This document shows, in pieces, positions 8,877 to 17,912 of a DNA stretch of 64,000 bases. Source of the stretch: Peptococcaceae bacterium 1109 (GTDB lineage Bacteria > Bacillota > Limnochordia > Darwinibacteriales > Darwinibacteriaceae); contig LDJB01000003.1 in NCBI GenBank assembly GCA_001028815.1, positions 110,850 through 174,849 of the forward strand, read 5' to 3'. The notes beneath the pieces are model-generated. The model was not told the origin of the DNA. It ran no database searches and saw only the letters and a program-made list of their open reading frames with translations. Numbering within the stretch: position 1 is the stretch's first letter; each line of letters opens with the position of its first letter. The position numbers and the translations under genes were made by a program.

Positions 8877-9512
8877 TTGGAACCTGAGAAGCAGCAGCGG
8901 ATCTGGGATGCCGTTTTGCGGGAGTTTGCAGCCAAGGGCTATAGGGATGCGTCCACCAACCGCATCGTAGAGGATGCGGGCATCGGCAAGGGCATGCTCT
9001 TTTATTACTTTAAGAACAAAGCAGAACTGTTTCGTTCCGCTTTAGTATACTGCCTTGACTACATCGAGGAGGAATATGTCCGAAGGCTGGACTTTAGTGA
9101 ACCAGATTTCATTGTCCGCTTCAGCAAGGCAGTGGAAGCCAAAATGGCCGCTTACCTTCGCAACCCGCTGCCCTTTACCTTCCTGGCAAGTTTCCACATC
9201 AACCGAGAAGCGGTTGAGATCGCTCCTGACCTCTATAGCCGGCTGCAGGAGATGGGAAACAAGGGCATGCAGGCCCTCTTTGCTGATGTAGACGTGAGCC
9301 TCTTCCGGGACGACGTTGCCCCTGAGCATATCCTGAACATCATCCGCTGGGTGATGGACGGTTGGAGCCAGGATATTATTGCCCATCTTGAGAGGGAAGC
9401 TTTGTTGGATTATGACTGGGAGTCCACCACTAAGAAGCTCTATGAGCTCTTCGCAGTCCTCAGAAAAGTTCTGTATAAGGAGGTCCAAAATGGCGATTCT
9501 AAAGGTCAGTAA
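8877..9512 (+). CDS. TetR/AcrR-family transcriptional regulator
   Basis: N-terminal IWDAVLREFAAKGYRDASTNRIVEDAGIGKGMLFYYFKNKAELF is a canonical TetR HTH. TTG start per the ORF track. 3' end overlaps the ABC ATPase gene by 23 bp. Confidence 0.85.
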   Translation: MEPEKQQRIWDAVLREFAAKGYRDASTNRIVEDAGIGKGMLFYYFKNKAELFRSALVYCLDYIEEEYVRRLDFSEPDFIVRFSKAVEAKMAAYLRNPLPFTFLASFHINREAVEIAPDLYSRLQEMGNKGMQALFADVDVSLFRDDVAPEHILNIIRWVMDGWSQDIIAHLEREALLDYDWESTTKKLYELFAVLRKVLYKEVQNGDSKGQ

Positions 9513-10374
9513 TGTCACGAAGCAGTTTGGGCACGTCACCGCCTTGGACGGCATCAGCTTTGAGGTTGGCCAAGGTGAAATCTACGGGTTTATCGGGCCT
9601 AATGGCGCGGGAAAGACCACCACAATCCGGATCCTCCTAGGGATCCTCAAAGCCACCAGCGGCTCTGCCCAAATCTTTGGCAGTGATGCATGGCAAGATG
9701 CAGTGGAAATCCACAAGCGGATTGCATATGTCCCAGGGGAAGTAAGCCTCTGGCCCAACCTTACTGGTGGGGAAGTAATCGACCTCTTTCTCAAACTACG
9801 GGGGGCCAACGGCCGACACAGTCGGGATGAACTGATCGAACGCTTTGACTTAGACCCCACCAAGAAATGCGGCACTTATTCCAAGGGTAACCGCCAGAAG
9901 GTCGCGCTCATCGCTGCCTTTGCCGTTGATGCGGAGCTCTATATCCTAGATGAGCCCACCTCGGGGCTGGATCCCTTGATGGAGATCGTTTTCCAGGAAT
10001 GCGTTCGGGAAGTGAAGGCGGCAGGTAAGAGCGTCTTCCTCTCCAGCCACATCCTCTCGGAAGTGGAGAAGCTCTGCGACCGGGTGAGCATTATCCGGCA
10101 AGGGAAAATCATCGAGTCAGGCTCCCTGAGAGAACTGCGCCACCTTACCAGGACTAGGGTTCGGGTGGAAACGGCCAGGCCCATTCAAAACCTGAGCCAA
10201 GTCCCGGGAGTGCATGATGTGGAAGCCTTTGAAAGGGGCGCAGCCTTCCAGGTAGACTCAGAACGGCTAGGCGAAGTCTTGCGGTACATTAGCGACTTTG
10301 ACGTCGTGGCCTTGGAAAGCGCCCCGCCCACCTTGGAAGAGCTGTTCATCCACCACTACCGGAGCTGGAGGTGA
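9490..10374 (+). CDS. ABC transporter ATP-binding protein
   Basis: Walker A GPNGAGKTTT, signature SKGNRQKVALIAAF, Walker B LYILDEPTSGLD. True start is ATG 9490 (MAILKVSNVTKQFG) with AAGGAGG 7 nt upstream; the track ORF from 9379 is over-extended. Confidence 0.85.
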   Translation: MAILKVSNVTKQFGHVTALDGISFEVGQGEIYGFIGPNGAGKTTTIRILLGILKATSGSAQIFGSDAWQDAVEIHKRIAYVPGEVSLWPNLTGGEVIDLFLKLRGANGRHSRDELIERFDLDPTKKCGTYSKGNRQKVALIAAFAVDAELYILDEPTSGLDPLMEIVFQECVREVKAAGKSVFLSSHILSEVEKLCDRVSIIRQGKIIESGSLRELRHLTRTRVRVETARPIQNLSQVPGVHDVEAFERGAAFQVDSERLGEVLRYISDFDVVALESAPPTLEELFIHHYRSWR

Positions 10375-11981
10375 ACAGGTTGCGCCACCTCTTTGCTAAT
10401 ACAGGAACTCTAGCCCGCTTCATCTGGCGGCGAGACCGTGTTCGGCTCCCTGTGTGGGTACTGTCTATCGCGGCGTTCTCCATATGCTTTGCCTCCATGT
10501 TTCCAAGCCTCTACCCCCCGGGGCCAGAGCGGGAGATAATTGCCCAGACCTTTGCCAATCCAGTGTTTATCTCCATGCTCGGTCCCGGCTATGGGCTGGC
10601 TGATTACCACATGGGAGCGATCATGGCCCACCAGATGCTTCTCTTTACTGCGGTGGTTGTGGCCATCATGAACATCCTCCTTACCATCCGCCATTCAAGG
10701 CGGGACGAAGAAGGGGGACGCATTGAGGTCATCCGCTCCCTGCCTGTGGGGAGGCTTGCCAACGCTGCCGCACTTATGCTGGTCCTTGCCGCCGGCAACA
10801 TCGTCTTGGGAATAGCCACCGGGGCAGGCCTGGCTCTCTTGGGCCTGGAAGGGATGGACTGGGCTGGATCGGTGACCTACGGCGCAGTACTGGCCGTTAC
10901 AGGCATGTGTTTTGCCGCCCTCACCCTCGTCTTTGCCCAGCTCACCGAAACGTCCAGGGCTACCATGGGATACGCCTTCGCCTTCTTAGGGCTGTCCTTC
11001 CTGCTCAGGGCAGTAGGTGATGTGAGCAGTGAACCCCTGTCCCTCATCTCCCCCTTAGGGCTGGTCTTGCGGGCACAGGTGTACGTAAGCAATTACTGGT
11101 GGCCCATCTTGATCACGTTTGTGGCTGCAGCAGCCTTGATCCTCCTGGCCTTTCGCCTCAACCTTGTGCGGGACTTGGGTGCAGGGTTCATTCCCGCCAG
11201 GCCAGGCAGAATGCACGCCTCGCCCTTCCTAAAGTGCACCTTAGGCCTTGTCTTCCGCCTGGAAAGGACCGTGATCATCGGCTGGGCCGTAGGCATGTTT
11301 GTCCTGGGGGCATCTTACGGTTCAGTCTTTGGAGAAGTCGAGACCTTTGTCCAAATAGGCGATCTTTACCAGCTGATGCTCCCAAGCGTTGAGGGGTTCT
11401 CCTTCACCGATCAGTTCGTAGCCATGCTCCTCGCGGTGATGTCTATGGCCGCGGCCATCCCCGCGCTCCTCATCATCCTTAAGCTCCGGGGTGAAGAGGG
11501 GGCGGGCCGCACAGAGCACCTCCTCTCCCGAGCTGTGTCCCGGGCCCAGATTATGGGCAGCTTCTTGGCAGCCGCGCTGGGATCCGCGGTAATCATGCAA
11601 GTCCTAAGCGTCCTGGGGCTGTGGTCTGCCGCCGCGGCGGTGGTGAGCGACCCCTTTTCCCTGGGAGAAGCCCTCCTGGCTTCGCTAACATACATCCCTG
11701 TGATCTGGGCCTTAGTGGGGCTGGCTGCGGCGCTCATCGGCTTTGCGCCCCAGCGTACCAACTTGGTCTGGCTCTACTTGGGCTACGCGTTCTTTACAGC
11801 CTACTTCAGAGCCCTGCTCCAGCTCCCTGAGTGGCTGGTTAAACTTACTCCCTGGGGCCACATTCCCAATATCCCCTTGGAAACAGTGAGCCCAGCTACG
11901 GTGGTGCTCATTCTCCTGGCGGCGATCGCCTTGATGGGGCTCGGGTTTGTGGGCTATGCCAAGCGAGACATATCCGGGTAA
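10371..11981 (+). CDS. ABC exporter permease (ABC-2-like, polytopic, 536 aa)
   Basis: Start overlaps the ATPase stop (ATGA-type coupling). About 10-12 predicted TM segments by hydrophobic stretches. Partner of the preceding ATPase. Confidence 0.7.
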   Translation: MNRLRHLFANTGTLARFIWRRDRVRLPVWVLSIAAFSICFASMFPSLYPPGPEREIIAQTFANPVFISMLGPGYGLADYHMGAIMAHQMLLFTAVVVAIMNILLTIRHSRRDEEGGRIEVIRSLPVGRLANAAALMLVLAAGNIVLGIATGAGLALLGLEGMDWAGSVTYGAVLAVTGMCFAALTLVFAQLTETSRATMGYAFAFLGLSFLLRAVGDVSSEPLSLISPLGLVLRAQVYVSNYWWPILITFVAAAALILLAFRLNLVRDLGAGFIPARPGRMHASPFLKCTLGLVFRLERTVIIGWAVGMFVLGASYGSVFGEVETFVQIGDLYQLMLPSVEGFSFTDQFVAMLLAVMSMAAAIPALLIILKLRGEEGAGRTEHLLSRAVSRAQIMGSFLAAALGSAVIMQVLSVLGLWSAAAAVVSDPFSLGEALLASLTYIPVIWALVGLAAALIGFAPQRTNLVWLYLGYAFFTAYFRALLQLPEWLVKLTPWGHIPNIPLETVSPATVVLILLAAIALMGLGFVGYAKRDISG

Positions 11982-11982
11982 A

Positions 11983-12010
11983 AGGAAAAGGCCCAGGTTG
12001 ATCCTGGACC
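11983..12010 (-). terminator. Rho-independent terminator downstream of the GntP-family gene (minus strand)
   Basis: Minus-strand RNA forms GGUCCAGG-AUCAA-CCUGGGCC (8-bp stem with one G-U) followed by UUUUCCUUUU. Confidence 0.45.
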
Positions 12011-12047
12011 TTACTTCAGAATCGATGTTCAGCTTGAGCTTGTGGGC

Positions 12048-13382
12048 CTAGACAAAAATGAGATACAAGATGGTGACGGTAATCAGCCCTACGATGCCCG
12101 TCACCAAGCTCGCAAGTGTTTGGAGGCGATATGCTTCCGATACCTTCATGTCGGAGAACTGGGCCACTACCCAGAAGTAGCTGTCGTTCGCGTGAGAGAC
12201 GGTCATGGCTCCTGCCCCAATGGCCATTACGGCCAGGGCAGGGCCGACCCCCCCAGCTAGTCCCAAGGCCCCTAGGATGGGCGAAACGATCCCCGCAGTA
12301 GTGATGATGGCTACCGTGGAGGACCCTTGCGCGGTCTTGATAGCAGCAGCCAAGATGAAAGGCAGCAGTATACCGAACTGCAAGCCAGAGAGGGACGAGG
12401 TAATGTAGTCTGCGATGGCAGTTTCTCGAAGGACTGCACCGAGGGCACCACCAGCCCCAGTGATGAGGATGATCATCCCCGCATCCTTCAGCCCCGCAGA
12501 AACCCAATCCCCCATCACCTCTCCCGTGAGCCGCTCCACTGTGAGGAACGCCAAGAACACCCCAATCAAGAGAGCTACATTGGGGTTCCCCACAAAACTG
12601 ATGAAGTTCCGCAGAGTCCCTGCGCCTAGGGGATTGGTGGGGTAATCTGCCACAGACTTAAGGGCAATGAGCACCACCGGCACCACAATGGGGGCAAAGG
12701 AGCGCACAGCCGAAGGCAAGTGCCGGGCTTCTCCCCCTGTTTCCTCCGCCATGGGCTTGGGGTCAATATGAACCCTCGCCCCATAGGTCTTGGCAAAGAT
12801 ATAACCAGCTAAGATGGTGGGAACTGATACGACTAGCCCCAAGAGGATTACTGTGCCTAAATCGGCCCCCAGAGTCCCCGCTGCAGCGATGGGGCCAGGG
12901 GTTGGAGGCACAAACACGTGGGTGGAATAGAGCCCCATGGAAAGAGCAACCGCGAACACTGCTAGCGACTGCTTAGACCGTGCCGCCAGAGACCTGTTTA
13001 GGGGGGATAGAATCACAAATCCCGAGTCACAAAATACTGGAATGGATACCACTCCGCCGGTGACGGCCATGGCGAGTGCGGAGCGTTCTTGCCCTACCAG
13101 CTTCAAGATGCTGTTGGCCATGACCAGGGCAGCACCGCTTTTTTCCATGATGTAACCCATGATCGTCCCCGCAGCGATCACAATTCCGATGCTTCCTAAG
13201 GTACTGCCAAAACCGGAGGTCATAGCGGAGACCACTTGTGCCGCGGGAACCCCGGCTAGAAGCCCCACGCCAAGCGTGGTCAAGAGCAGGACCAGGAATG
13301 GATGGAGCCGCACCCGGGCCGTCATCACCACGATGAACACTATTGCACCCAGGAGCAGAACGAGCAACCACGCACCTGTCAT
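12048..13382 (-). CDS. GntP-family permease (gluconate/glycerate:H+ symporter family)
   Basis: 444 aa, polytopic. N-terminus MTGAWLLVLLLGAIVFIVVMTARVRLHPFLVLLLTTLGVGLLAGVP is typical of GntP. Confidence 0.8.
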   Translation of the reverse strand: MTGAWLLVLLLGAIVFIVVMTARVRLHPFLVLLLTTLGVGLLAGVPAAQVVSAMTSGFGSTLGSIGIVIAAGTIMGYIMEKSGAALVMANSILKLVGQERSALAMAVTGGVVSIPVFCDSGFVILSPLNRSLAARSKQSLAVFAVALSMGLYSTHVFVPPTPGPIAAAGTLGADLGTVILLGLVVSVPTILAGYIFAKTYGARVHIDPKPMAEETGGEARHLPSAVRSFAPIVVPVVLIALKSVADYPTNPLGAGTLRNFISFVGNPNVALLIGVFLAFLTVERLTGEVMGDWVSAGLKDAGMIILITGAGGALGAVLRETAIADYITSSLSGLQFGILLPFILAAAIKTAQGSSTVAIITTAGIVSPILGALGLAGGVGPALAVMAIGAGAMTVSHANDSYFWVVAQFSDMKVSEAYRLQTLASLVTGIVGLITVTILYLIFV

Positions 13383-13398
13383 AGTGACACCCCTTTTG

Positions 13399-14529
13399 CT
13401 ATCTGTGCAGCCACAGCCGCATCACCTGGGCCGCTTGAAACTCCACTAATTCCGCAGTCTGGGCCATGGCCTCTTCGAGAGACAGTGGTTGGTTCAAAAC
13501 AGAAAAGCTTGCGGTGATCCCTTCTCCATGCAGTACGTCTGAATCTAAGGTGACAGTGCCCGCCAGTACGACTACAGGTACTCCTAAGCCCCGGCAGATG
13601 CGGCCAACTCCCACAGGGACTTTGCCGAAAGCTGATTGGGCATCGAACTTCCCTTCCCCTGTGAACACGAGGTCCGCGCCTTGCACCTGTTCCTCAAAGC
13701 GCAACACCTTAAGGACGAGCTGAATCCCTGAGACGAGCTTCCCCCCGAGGAGAGCCATAAGGCCCGCACCAAGGCCTCCTGCGGCTCCGGCGCCAGGAAC
13801 TGTTTCTACATCTCTTCCTAAGTCTTTCCGGATTACCTCTGCATAATTCCCCAAGGCTGCATCAAGCTGAGCCACCATCTCAGGAGTGGCCCCTTTCTGG
13901 GGCCCGTAGATGTGGGATGCCCCGGTTGGCCCAGTGAGGGGGTTATCCACATCGCACGCGACTTCAATGGTTACTGCCGCGAGCCTTGGGTCCAGCCCAG
14001 AAACGTCAATAGATGCCAAGCGGGCAAGCTCTCCACCACCTGAACCTAACTCCTTGCCTTCGCCATCCAGGAAGCGCACTCCCAGGGCCTGGGCCATCCC
14101 CATGCCCCCGTCGTTAGTGGCACTTCCCCCAATGCCGATCACCAGGTGATTACAGCCCAAGTCTAGGGCCCGGCCGATAAGCTCCCCCGTACCATATGTA
14201 GTCGTCACTAAGGGGTTGCGCTTGTCCGGGGGCACCAAGGTGAGGCCCGAAGCTTGGGCCATTTCGATGACCCCAGTTTGGCCATCTCCCAAAAGGCCTA
14301 GCTTGGCCCAGACCGGGGCTCCTAAAGGCCCGGTCACCTGAAACTCGTGGTATGTACCACCGCTTGCTTCCACCAACGATTCCACCAGCCCCTCACCGCC
14401 GTCGGAAAGGGGCAGAAGCACTGTTTCTGCCTCTGGTTCAACACGCTTTACTCCCCGCTGAATGGCTTCCCCCACTTCAGCTGCGGAGAGGCTGCCTTTA
14501 AACGAATCAGGGGCGATTACAACCCGCAC
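13399..14529 (-). CDS. glycerate kinase (GlxK/GarK family)
   Basis: MRVVIAPDSFKGSLSAAEVGEAI... N-terminus, 376 aa. Overlaps galU by 13 bp. Confidence 0.85.
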   Translation of the reverse strand: MRVVIAPDSFKGSLSAAEVGEAIQRGVKRVEPEAETVLLPLSDGGEGLVESLVEASGGTYHEFQVTGPLGAPVWAKLGLLGDGQTGVIEMAQASGLTLVPPDKRNPLVTTTYGTGELIGRALDLGCNHLVIGIGGSATNDGGMGMAQALGVRFLDGEGKELGSGGGELARLASIDVSGLDPRLAAVTIEVACDVDNPLTGPTGASHIYGPQKGATPEMVAQLDAALGNYAEVIRKDLGRDVETVPGAGAAGGLGAGLMALLGGKLVSGIQLVLKVLRFEEQVQGADLVFTGEGKFDAQSAFGKVPVGVGRICRGLGVPVVVLAGTVTLDSDVLHGEGITASFSVLNQPLSLEEAMAQTAELVEFQAAQVMRLWLHR

Positions 14530-15413
14530 GCAGGTCCCTCCTCAGAGCGTACCAGCTCTTTTAGGTATTCCCGAAAGGGGCCGTTCAAATCGGGGCGCTT
14601 TAGGGCAAGCTCCACCGTGGCTTGAAGAAAACCTAGTTTATCACCGACATCATAGCGCCGTCCCACAAAGTCCAGCGCGTACATGGGCTCCACATGCATT
14701 AATGTACGTAGGGCATCTGTAAGCTGGATTTCCCCGCCCACACCTGGCTCGGTCCTGGCGAGAATGGGGAAAATCTCAGGGGAGATAATGTACCGTCCTA
14801 AAATGGCCACGTTGGTGGGGGCTTCCTTTGGCGCCGGCTTTTCCACTAAGTCACTCACCTTGTATAACCTATCTTCTACCTCTTGGCCGCCGATAATACC
14901 ATACTTCCTCACATCCCTTGCGGGAACCTGCTGCACCCCAAGGACGCTGGCCCCTGTCTTGGCGTGGACGTCAATGAGCTGCTTCAAGCAAGGGTACTCT
15001 GGATTGTAAACCACATCGTCCCCGAGAAGCACGGCAAAGGGCTCATCCCCAACAAAGGCCTTGGCGCACAAAATCGCGTGCCCCAATCCCTTTGCCTCGT
15101 GCTGGCGGACATAGAACACGTCCGCAAGATTGGTGATAGCCTGAACTTCCTCAAGGCGTCCCTTCTGCCCCCGGGCCGACAGGTGGGCTTCCAACTCCAC
15201 GCTGGTATCAAAATGGTTTCCCAAGGCATCCTTGCCTCGCCCGGTGATGATCAAAATCTGCTCGATCCCCGAGGCCACCGCTTCCTCCACGATGTATTGA
15301 ATGGTGGGCTTATCTACGATAGGAAGCATCTCCTTGGGCACTGCCTTTGTAGCAGGCAAGAATCGTGTGCCCAGCCCTGCTGCGGGTATGACTGCTTTCC
15401 GAATCCTGGACAT
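14517..15413 (-). CDS. galU: UTP--glucose-1-phosphate uridylyltransferase
   Basis: KAVIPAAGLGTRFLPATKAVPKEMLPIVDKPTIQYIVEEA is the hallmark GalU N-terminus. 298 aa. Confidence 0.9.
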   Translation of the reverse strand: MSRIRKAVIPAAGLGTRFLPATKAVPKEMLPIVDKPTIQYIVEEAVASGIEQILIITGRGKDALGNHFDTSVELEAHLSARGQKGRLEEVQAITNLADVFYVRQHEAKGLGHAILCAKAFVGDEPFAVLLGDDVVYNPEYPCLKQLIDVHAKTGASVLGVQQVPARDVRKYGIIGGQEVEDRLYKVSDLVEKPAPKEAPTNVAILGRYIISPEIFPILARTEPGVGGEIQLTDALRTLMHVEPMYALDFVGRRYDVGDKLGFLQATVELALKRPDLNGPFREYLKELVRSEEGPACGL

Positions 15414-15417
15414 CTAA

Positions 15418-16590
15418 TCACCTTTCCTTGGCATGTTTTTCCACAAAGCGGGCCATGCGCCGCAGCGCCTCCTGGAGGCTTTCCAGGGAATAGGCATACG
15501 AACAGCGGATAAACCCTTCGCCGCTTTCCCCAAAGGCCGAGCCAGGGACCACGGCCACCCGCTCCTCCATGAGGAGATTGGTGCAGAACTCTTCTGAAGT
15601 CATCCCCAAATCCCTTACCCGGGGGAAAACGTAGAACGCGCCCTTGGGCTCAAAACAAGACAAACCCATGCTGCGGAAGCCCTGTACTAACACCCGGCGG
15701 CGGCGGTTGTATTCCTGCACCATCCGCTCCACTTCAGGCAGCCCGTGCCTTAGTGCTTCCACCGCCGCATACTGGCTCACGGTGGGTGCCGACATGATGG
15801 TATATTGATGGATCTTGGTCATGGCTTGCAGAAGTTCTCGGGGCCCGGCAGCATAACCAAGCCGCCAGCCTGTCATGGCAAAGGATTTGGAGAAGCCGTT
15901 GATCACCAGCGTGCGGTCGTACATCCCAGGGAGGGAAGCCATGGAAACGTGCTCAATGCCATACACCAGCTCGCTGTAGATCTCGTCGGTGATCACCAGT
16001 AAGCGATGCTCTGCTAGAGCCTTAGCAATTTTCTCCAGATCCGCCCGCTCCATCACTGCCCCTGTGGGGTTGTTTGGATAGCACAAGATCACAGCCTTAG
16101 TCTCGGGAGTGATATGGGGAACCAGATCCTCTGCGGTGAGGCGGAACTCCCGCTCCTCGTAAGTAGGCACCGCCACTGGGACTCCCCCGGCCATGATCAC
16201 CGCGGGGCGGTAAGACACGTAGGTGGGTTCGGGAATGATGACTTCGTCCCCGGGGTTAATCAGGGCCCGGAGGGCAAGGTCAATGGCCTCACTCCCCCCC
16301 ACCGTAACCAAGATCTGATCCTTCGGATCGTACTCGAGATGAAAGCGCCGTTCCAGATAGTTTGCGATCTCCACCCTCAGTTCCCACAGCCCCGCATTGG
16401 CGGTGTATGCAGTGCGCTTTTTCTCCAGGGAGTAGATGGCCTCATCCCGGACGTGCCACGGCGTAGCAAAATCTGGCTCGCCCACCCCTAGAGAAATGAC
16501 GTTTTCCATCTGGTTGGCGATATCAAAGAATTTGCGGATCCCCGACGGGTTAACCTCTTGAATGCGTTTGTTGAGCATCTCGCTGATCAT
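15418..16590 (-). CDS. PLP-dependent aminotransferase, class I/II (aspartate/aromatic aminotransferase-like)
   Basis: 390 aa with the LGVGEPDFATP motif and a fold-type I layout. Start overlaps the AsnC gene by 4 bp. Confidence 0.8.
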   Translation of the reverse strand: MISEMLNKRIQEVNPSGIRKFFDIANQMENVISLGVGEPDFATPWHVRDEAIYSLEKKRTAYTANAGLWELRVEIANYLERRFHLEYDPKDQILVTVGGSEAIDLALRALINPGDEVIIPEPTYVSYRPAVIMAGGVPVAVPTYEEREFRLTAEDLVPHITPETKAVILCYPNNPTGAVMERADLEKIAKALAEHRLLVITDEIYSELVYGIEHVSMASLPGMYDRTLVINGFSKSFAMTGWRLGYAAGPRELLQAMTKIHQYTIMSAPTVSQYAAVEALRHGLPEVERMVQEYNRRRRVLVQGFRSMGLSCFEPKGAFYVFPRVRDLGMTSEEFCTNLLMEERVAVVPGSAFGESGEGFIRCSYAYSLESLQEALRRMARFVEKHAKER

Positions 16591-17069
16591 AGCAGTATAT
16601 TCGGCCTTTCATCACTATGATTGCGCCCGAAGAGGCGGCCGTTCTGTTTGAATTTCTTCAAGACAAAGTGCGTTGTACAGCTCACCACCGAGTCCATCAC
16701 CGCGAGCTTGGTGGAGACAAACCGCGCGATATCCTGGATAGTTGCACCTTCTACCAGCACCATAAGGTCGAAGTCGCCAGAAACAAGGAACACCGCCTGT
16801 ACCTCTGGGAACTCAGCAATGCGCAGAGCTGTTTGGTCAAAGCCCGATCCACGTTGGGGAGTAACCTTTACCGCAATATGCGCAGTGACCAGCTCCCGGC
16901 CGGCCTTCTCCCAATCGATAAGGGTGTGGTAGCATACAATCACCCCTTCTTCCTCGAGGCGGCTGATCTCCGCCTGCACCGCTTCTTCAGTAGAATCCAG
17001 CATCACGGCGATTTGGGCAGCGCTGAGGCGGCTGTCCCCTTCTAGAATCTGCAGAATCTCTTGTCGCAA
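16587..17069 (-). CDS. Lrp/AsnC-family transcriptional regulator
   Basis: HTH LSAAQIAVMLDSTEEAVQAEISRLEEEGVI plus a C-terminal RAM domain. 160 aa. Confidence 0.85.
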   Translation of the reverse strand: MRQEILQILEGDSRLSAAQIAVMLDSTEEAVQAEISRLEEEGVIVCYHTLIDWEKAGRELVTAHIAVKVTPQRGSGFDQTALRIAEFPEVQAVFLVSGDFDLMVLVEGATIQDIARFVSTKLAVMDSVVSCTTHFVLKKFKQNGRLFGRNHSDERPNILL

Positions 17070-17156
17070 ATGCCCAGCTCCTCTCTGGCCTGAGTTTAAT
17101 TTGGTTACAGTTCGACGCGAAAAACAGAAGTCCTGGAAAGGACAAGCAAAAGCATA

Positions 17157-17185
17157 TTGACAGAGTTATCAGAATATTGTACTAT
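17157..17185 (+). promoter_or_regulatory. near-consensus sigma70 promoter: TTGACA, 17 bp, TACTAT
   Basis: -35 TTGACA at 17157-17162 and -10 TACTAT at 17180-17185. RBS AAGGAAGGAG at 17215-17224, then ATG 17231. Confidence 0.5.
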
Positions 17186-17230
17186 GTAGTTGCTAGCAAT
17201 CTGGGCCCAAACTAAAGGAAGGAGATTTGC

Positions 17231-17533
17231 ATGGGGAAGACAATCACTCGTTTCGTCGCCTTGCTCCTCGCCATCACTCTGCTGGTGCCAGTGGGGGCCT
17301 CCGCAGCGGCTGACACTCCCTTCGGCCCTGGGGCGGTACCCTTAAGCGATGCGGAAATGGCGGAAGTGGAAGGGGAATTCAGCCCCTTGGTCACCTCTGC
17401 TGTGGCTGGAGGCCTGATCAGCACCGCATCGTACTTAATCACCACCCCTGCCTCCCAGTGGACATTGGGAGGGGCAGTTCGCCACGCAATCGCCGGCGCC
17501 GTCAGCGGCCTGGCCGGATACTTCCTTCGGTAA
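17231..17533 (+). CDS. small secreted Gly/Ala-rich protein (100 aa) with Sec signal peptide; bacteriocin-like precursor candidate
   Basis: MGKTITRFVALLLAITLLVPVGASAAAD signal peptide, an acidic segment PLSDAEMAEVEGEF resembling the LSxxELxxIxGG double-glycine leader consensus, then a hydrophobic cationic core SPLVTSAVAGGLISTASYLITTPASQWTLGGAVRHAIAGAVSGLAGYFLR. Confidence 0.5.
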   Translation: MGKTITRFVALLLAITLLVPVGASAAADTPFGPGAVPLSDAEMAEVEGEFSPLVTSAVAGGLISTASYLITTPASQWTLGGAVRHAIAGAVSGLAGYFLR

Positions 17534-17544
17534 CATCACATGAA

Positions 17545-17571
17545 GAAGTGTGCCCGCCGGCAGCACACTTC
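17545..17571 (+). other. perfect 9-bp stem hairpin (GAAGTGTGC...GCACACTTC) between the peptide gene and the downstream membrane-protein gene
   Basis: Read directly in the sequence. No U-tract follows, so it is more likely an attenuator or RNA-stability element than a full terminator. Confidence 0.4.
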
Positions 17572-17597
17572 TCACCCCATTAGAAAGGAGCACTCCA

Positions 17598-17912
17598 TTG
17601 TCCACAGGAGAACTTATCCTCGCTTGGGCAGTCCTGTTCATCTTCACAGCGGCGTACGGCCTTTTGCGCCAGGGGAAACTGTCCCGGCAAGTGGTGGCCG
17701 TGGGCCTAGCTGCAGCTACAATCTTGGTGGCTGTGGGGGCAACCTTCCCTACCGAACCTGTAAGCTGGGGAAAGGTACTGATGCGCTGGGTGGTGCACTT
17801 TTCCCTCTTTACACTGGCCATCAGGGCATTTACCCGTTCCCCATGGCGGGACAGCCTAGGAGCTGGTTTCTTCAGCTCCACCTGCCTCACTCTGCTGCAG
17901 ATTCTCCTTTGA
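17598..17912 (+). CDS. small integral membrane protein (~104 aa, 3 predicted TM helices); immunity-protein-like partner of the upstream peptide
   Basis: TTG at 17598 preceded by AAAGGAG at 17584-17590. Hydrophobic segments LILAWAVLFIFTAAYGLL, VVAVGLAAATILVAVGA and WVVHFSLFTLAIRAF. Its 3' end overlaps the convergent EamA gene by 57 bp. Confidence 0.4.
   Translation: MSTGELILAWAVLFIFTAAYGLLRQGKLSRQVVAVGLAAATILVAVGATFPTEPVSWGKVLMRWVVHFSLFTLAIRAFTRSPWRDSLGAGFFSSTCLTLLQILL

Noticed and set aside
9379-9489. Extended start of the ABC ATPase ORF
   Set aside because: Ser-rich junk overlapping the tetR 3' end. ATG 9490 with AAGGAGG is the evident start.
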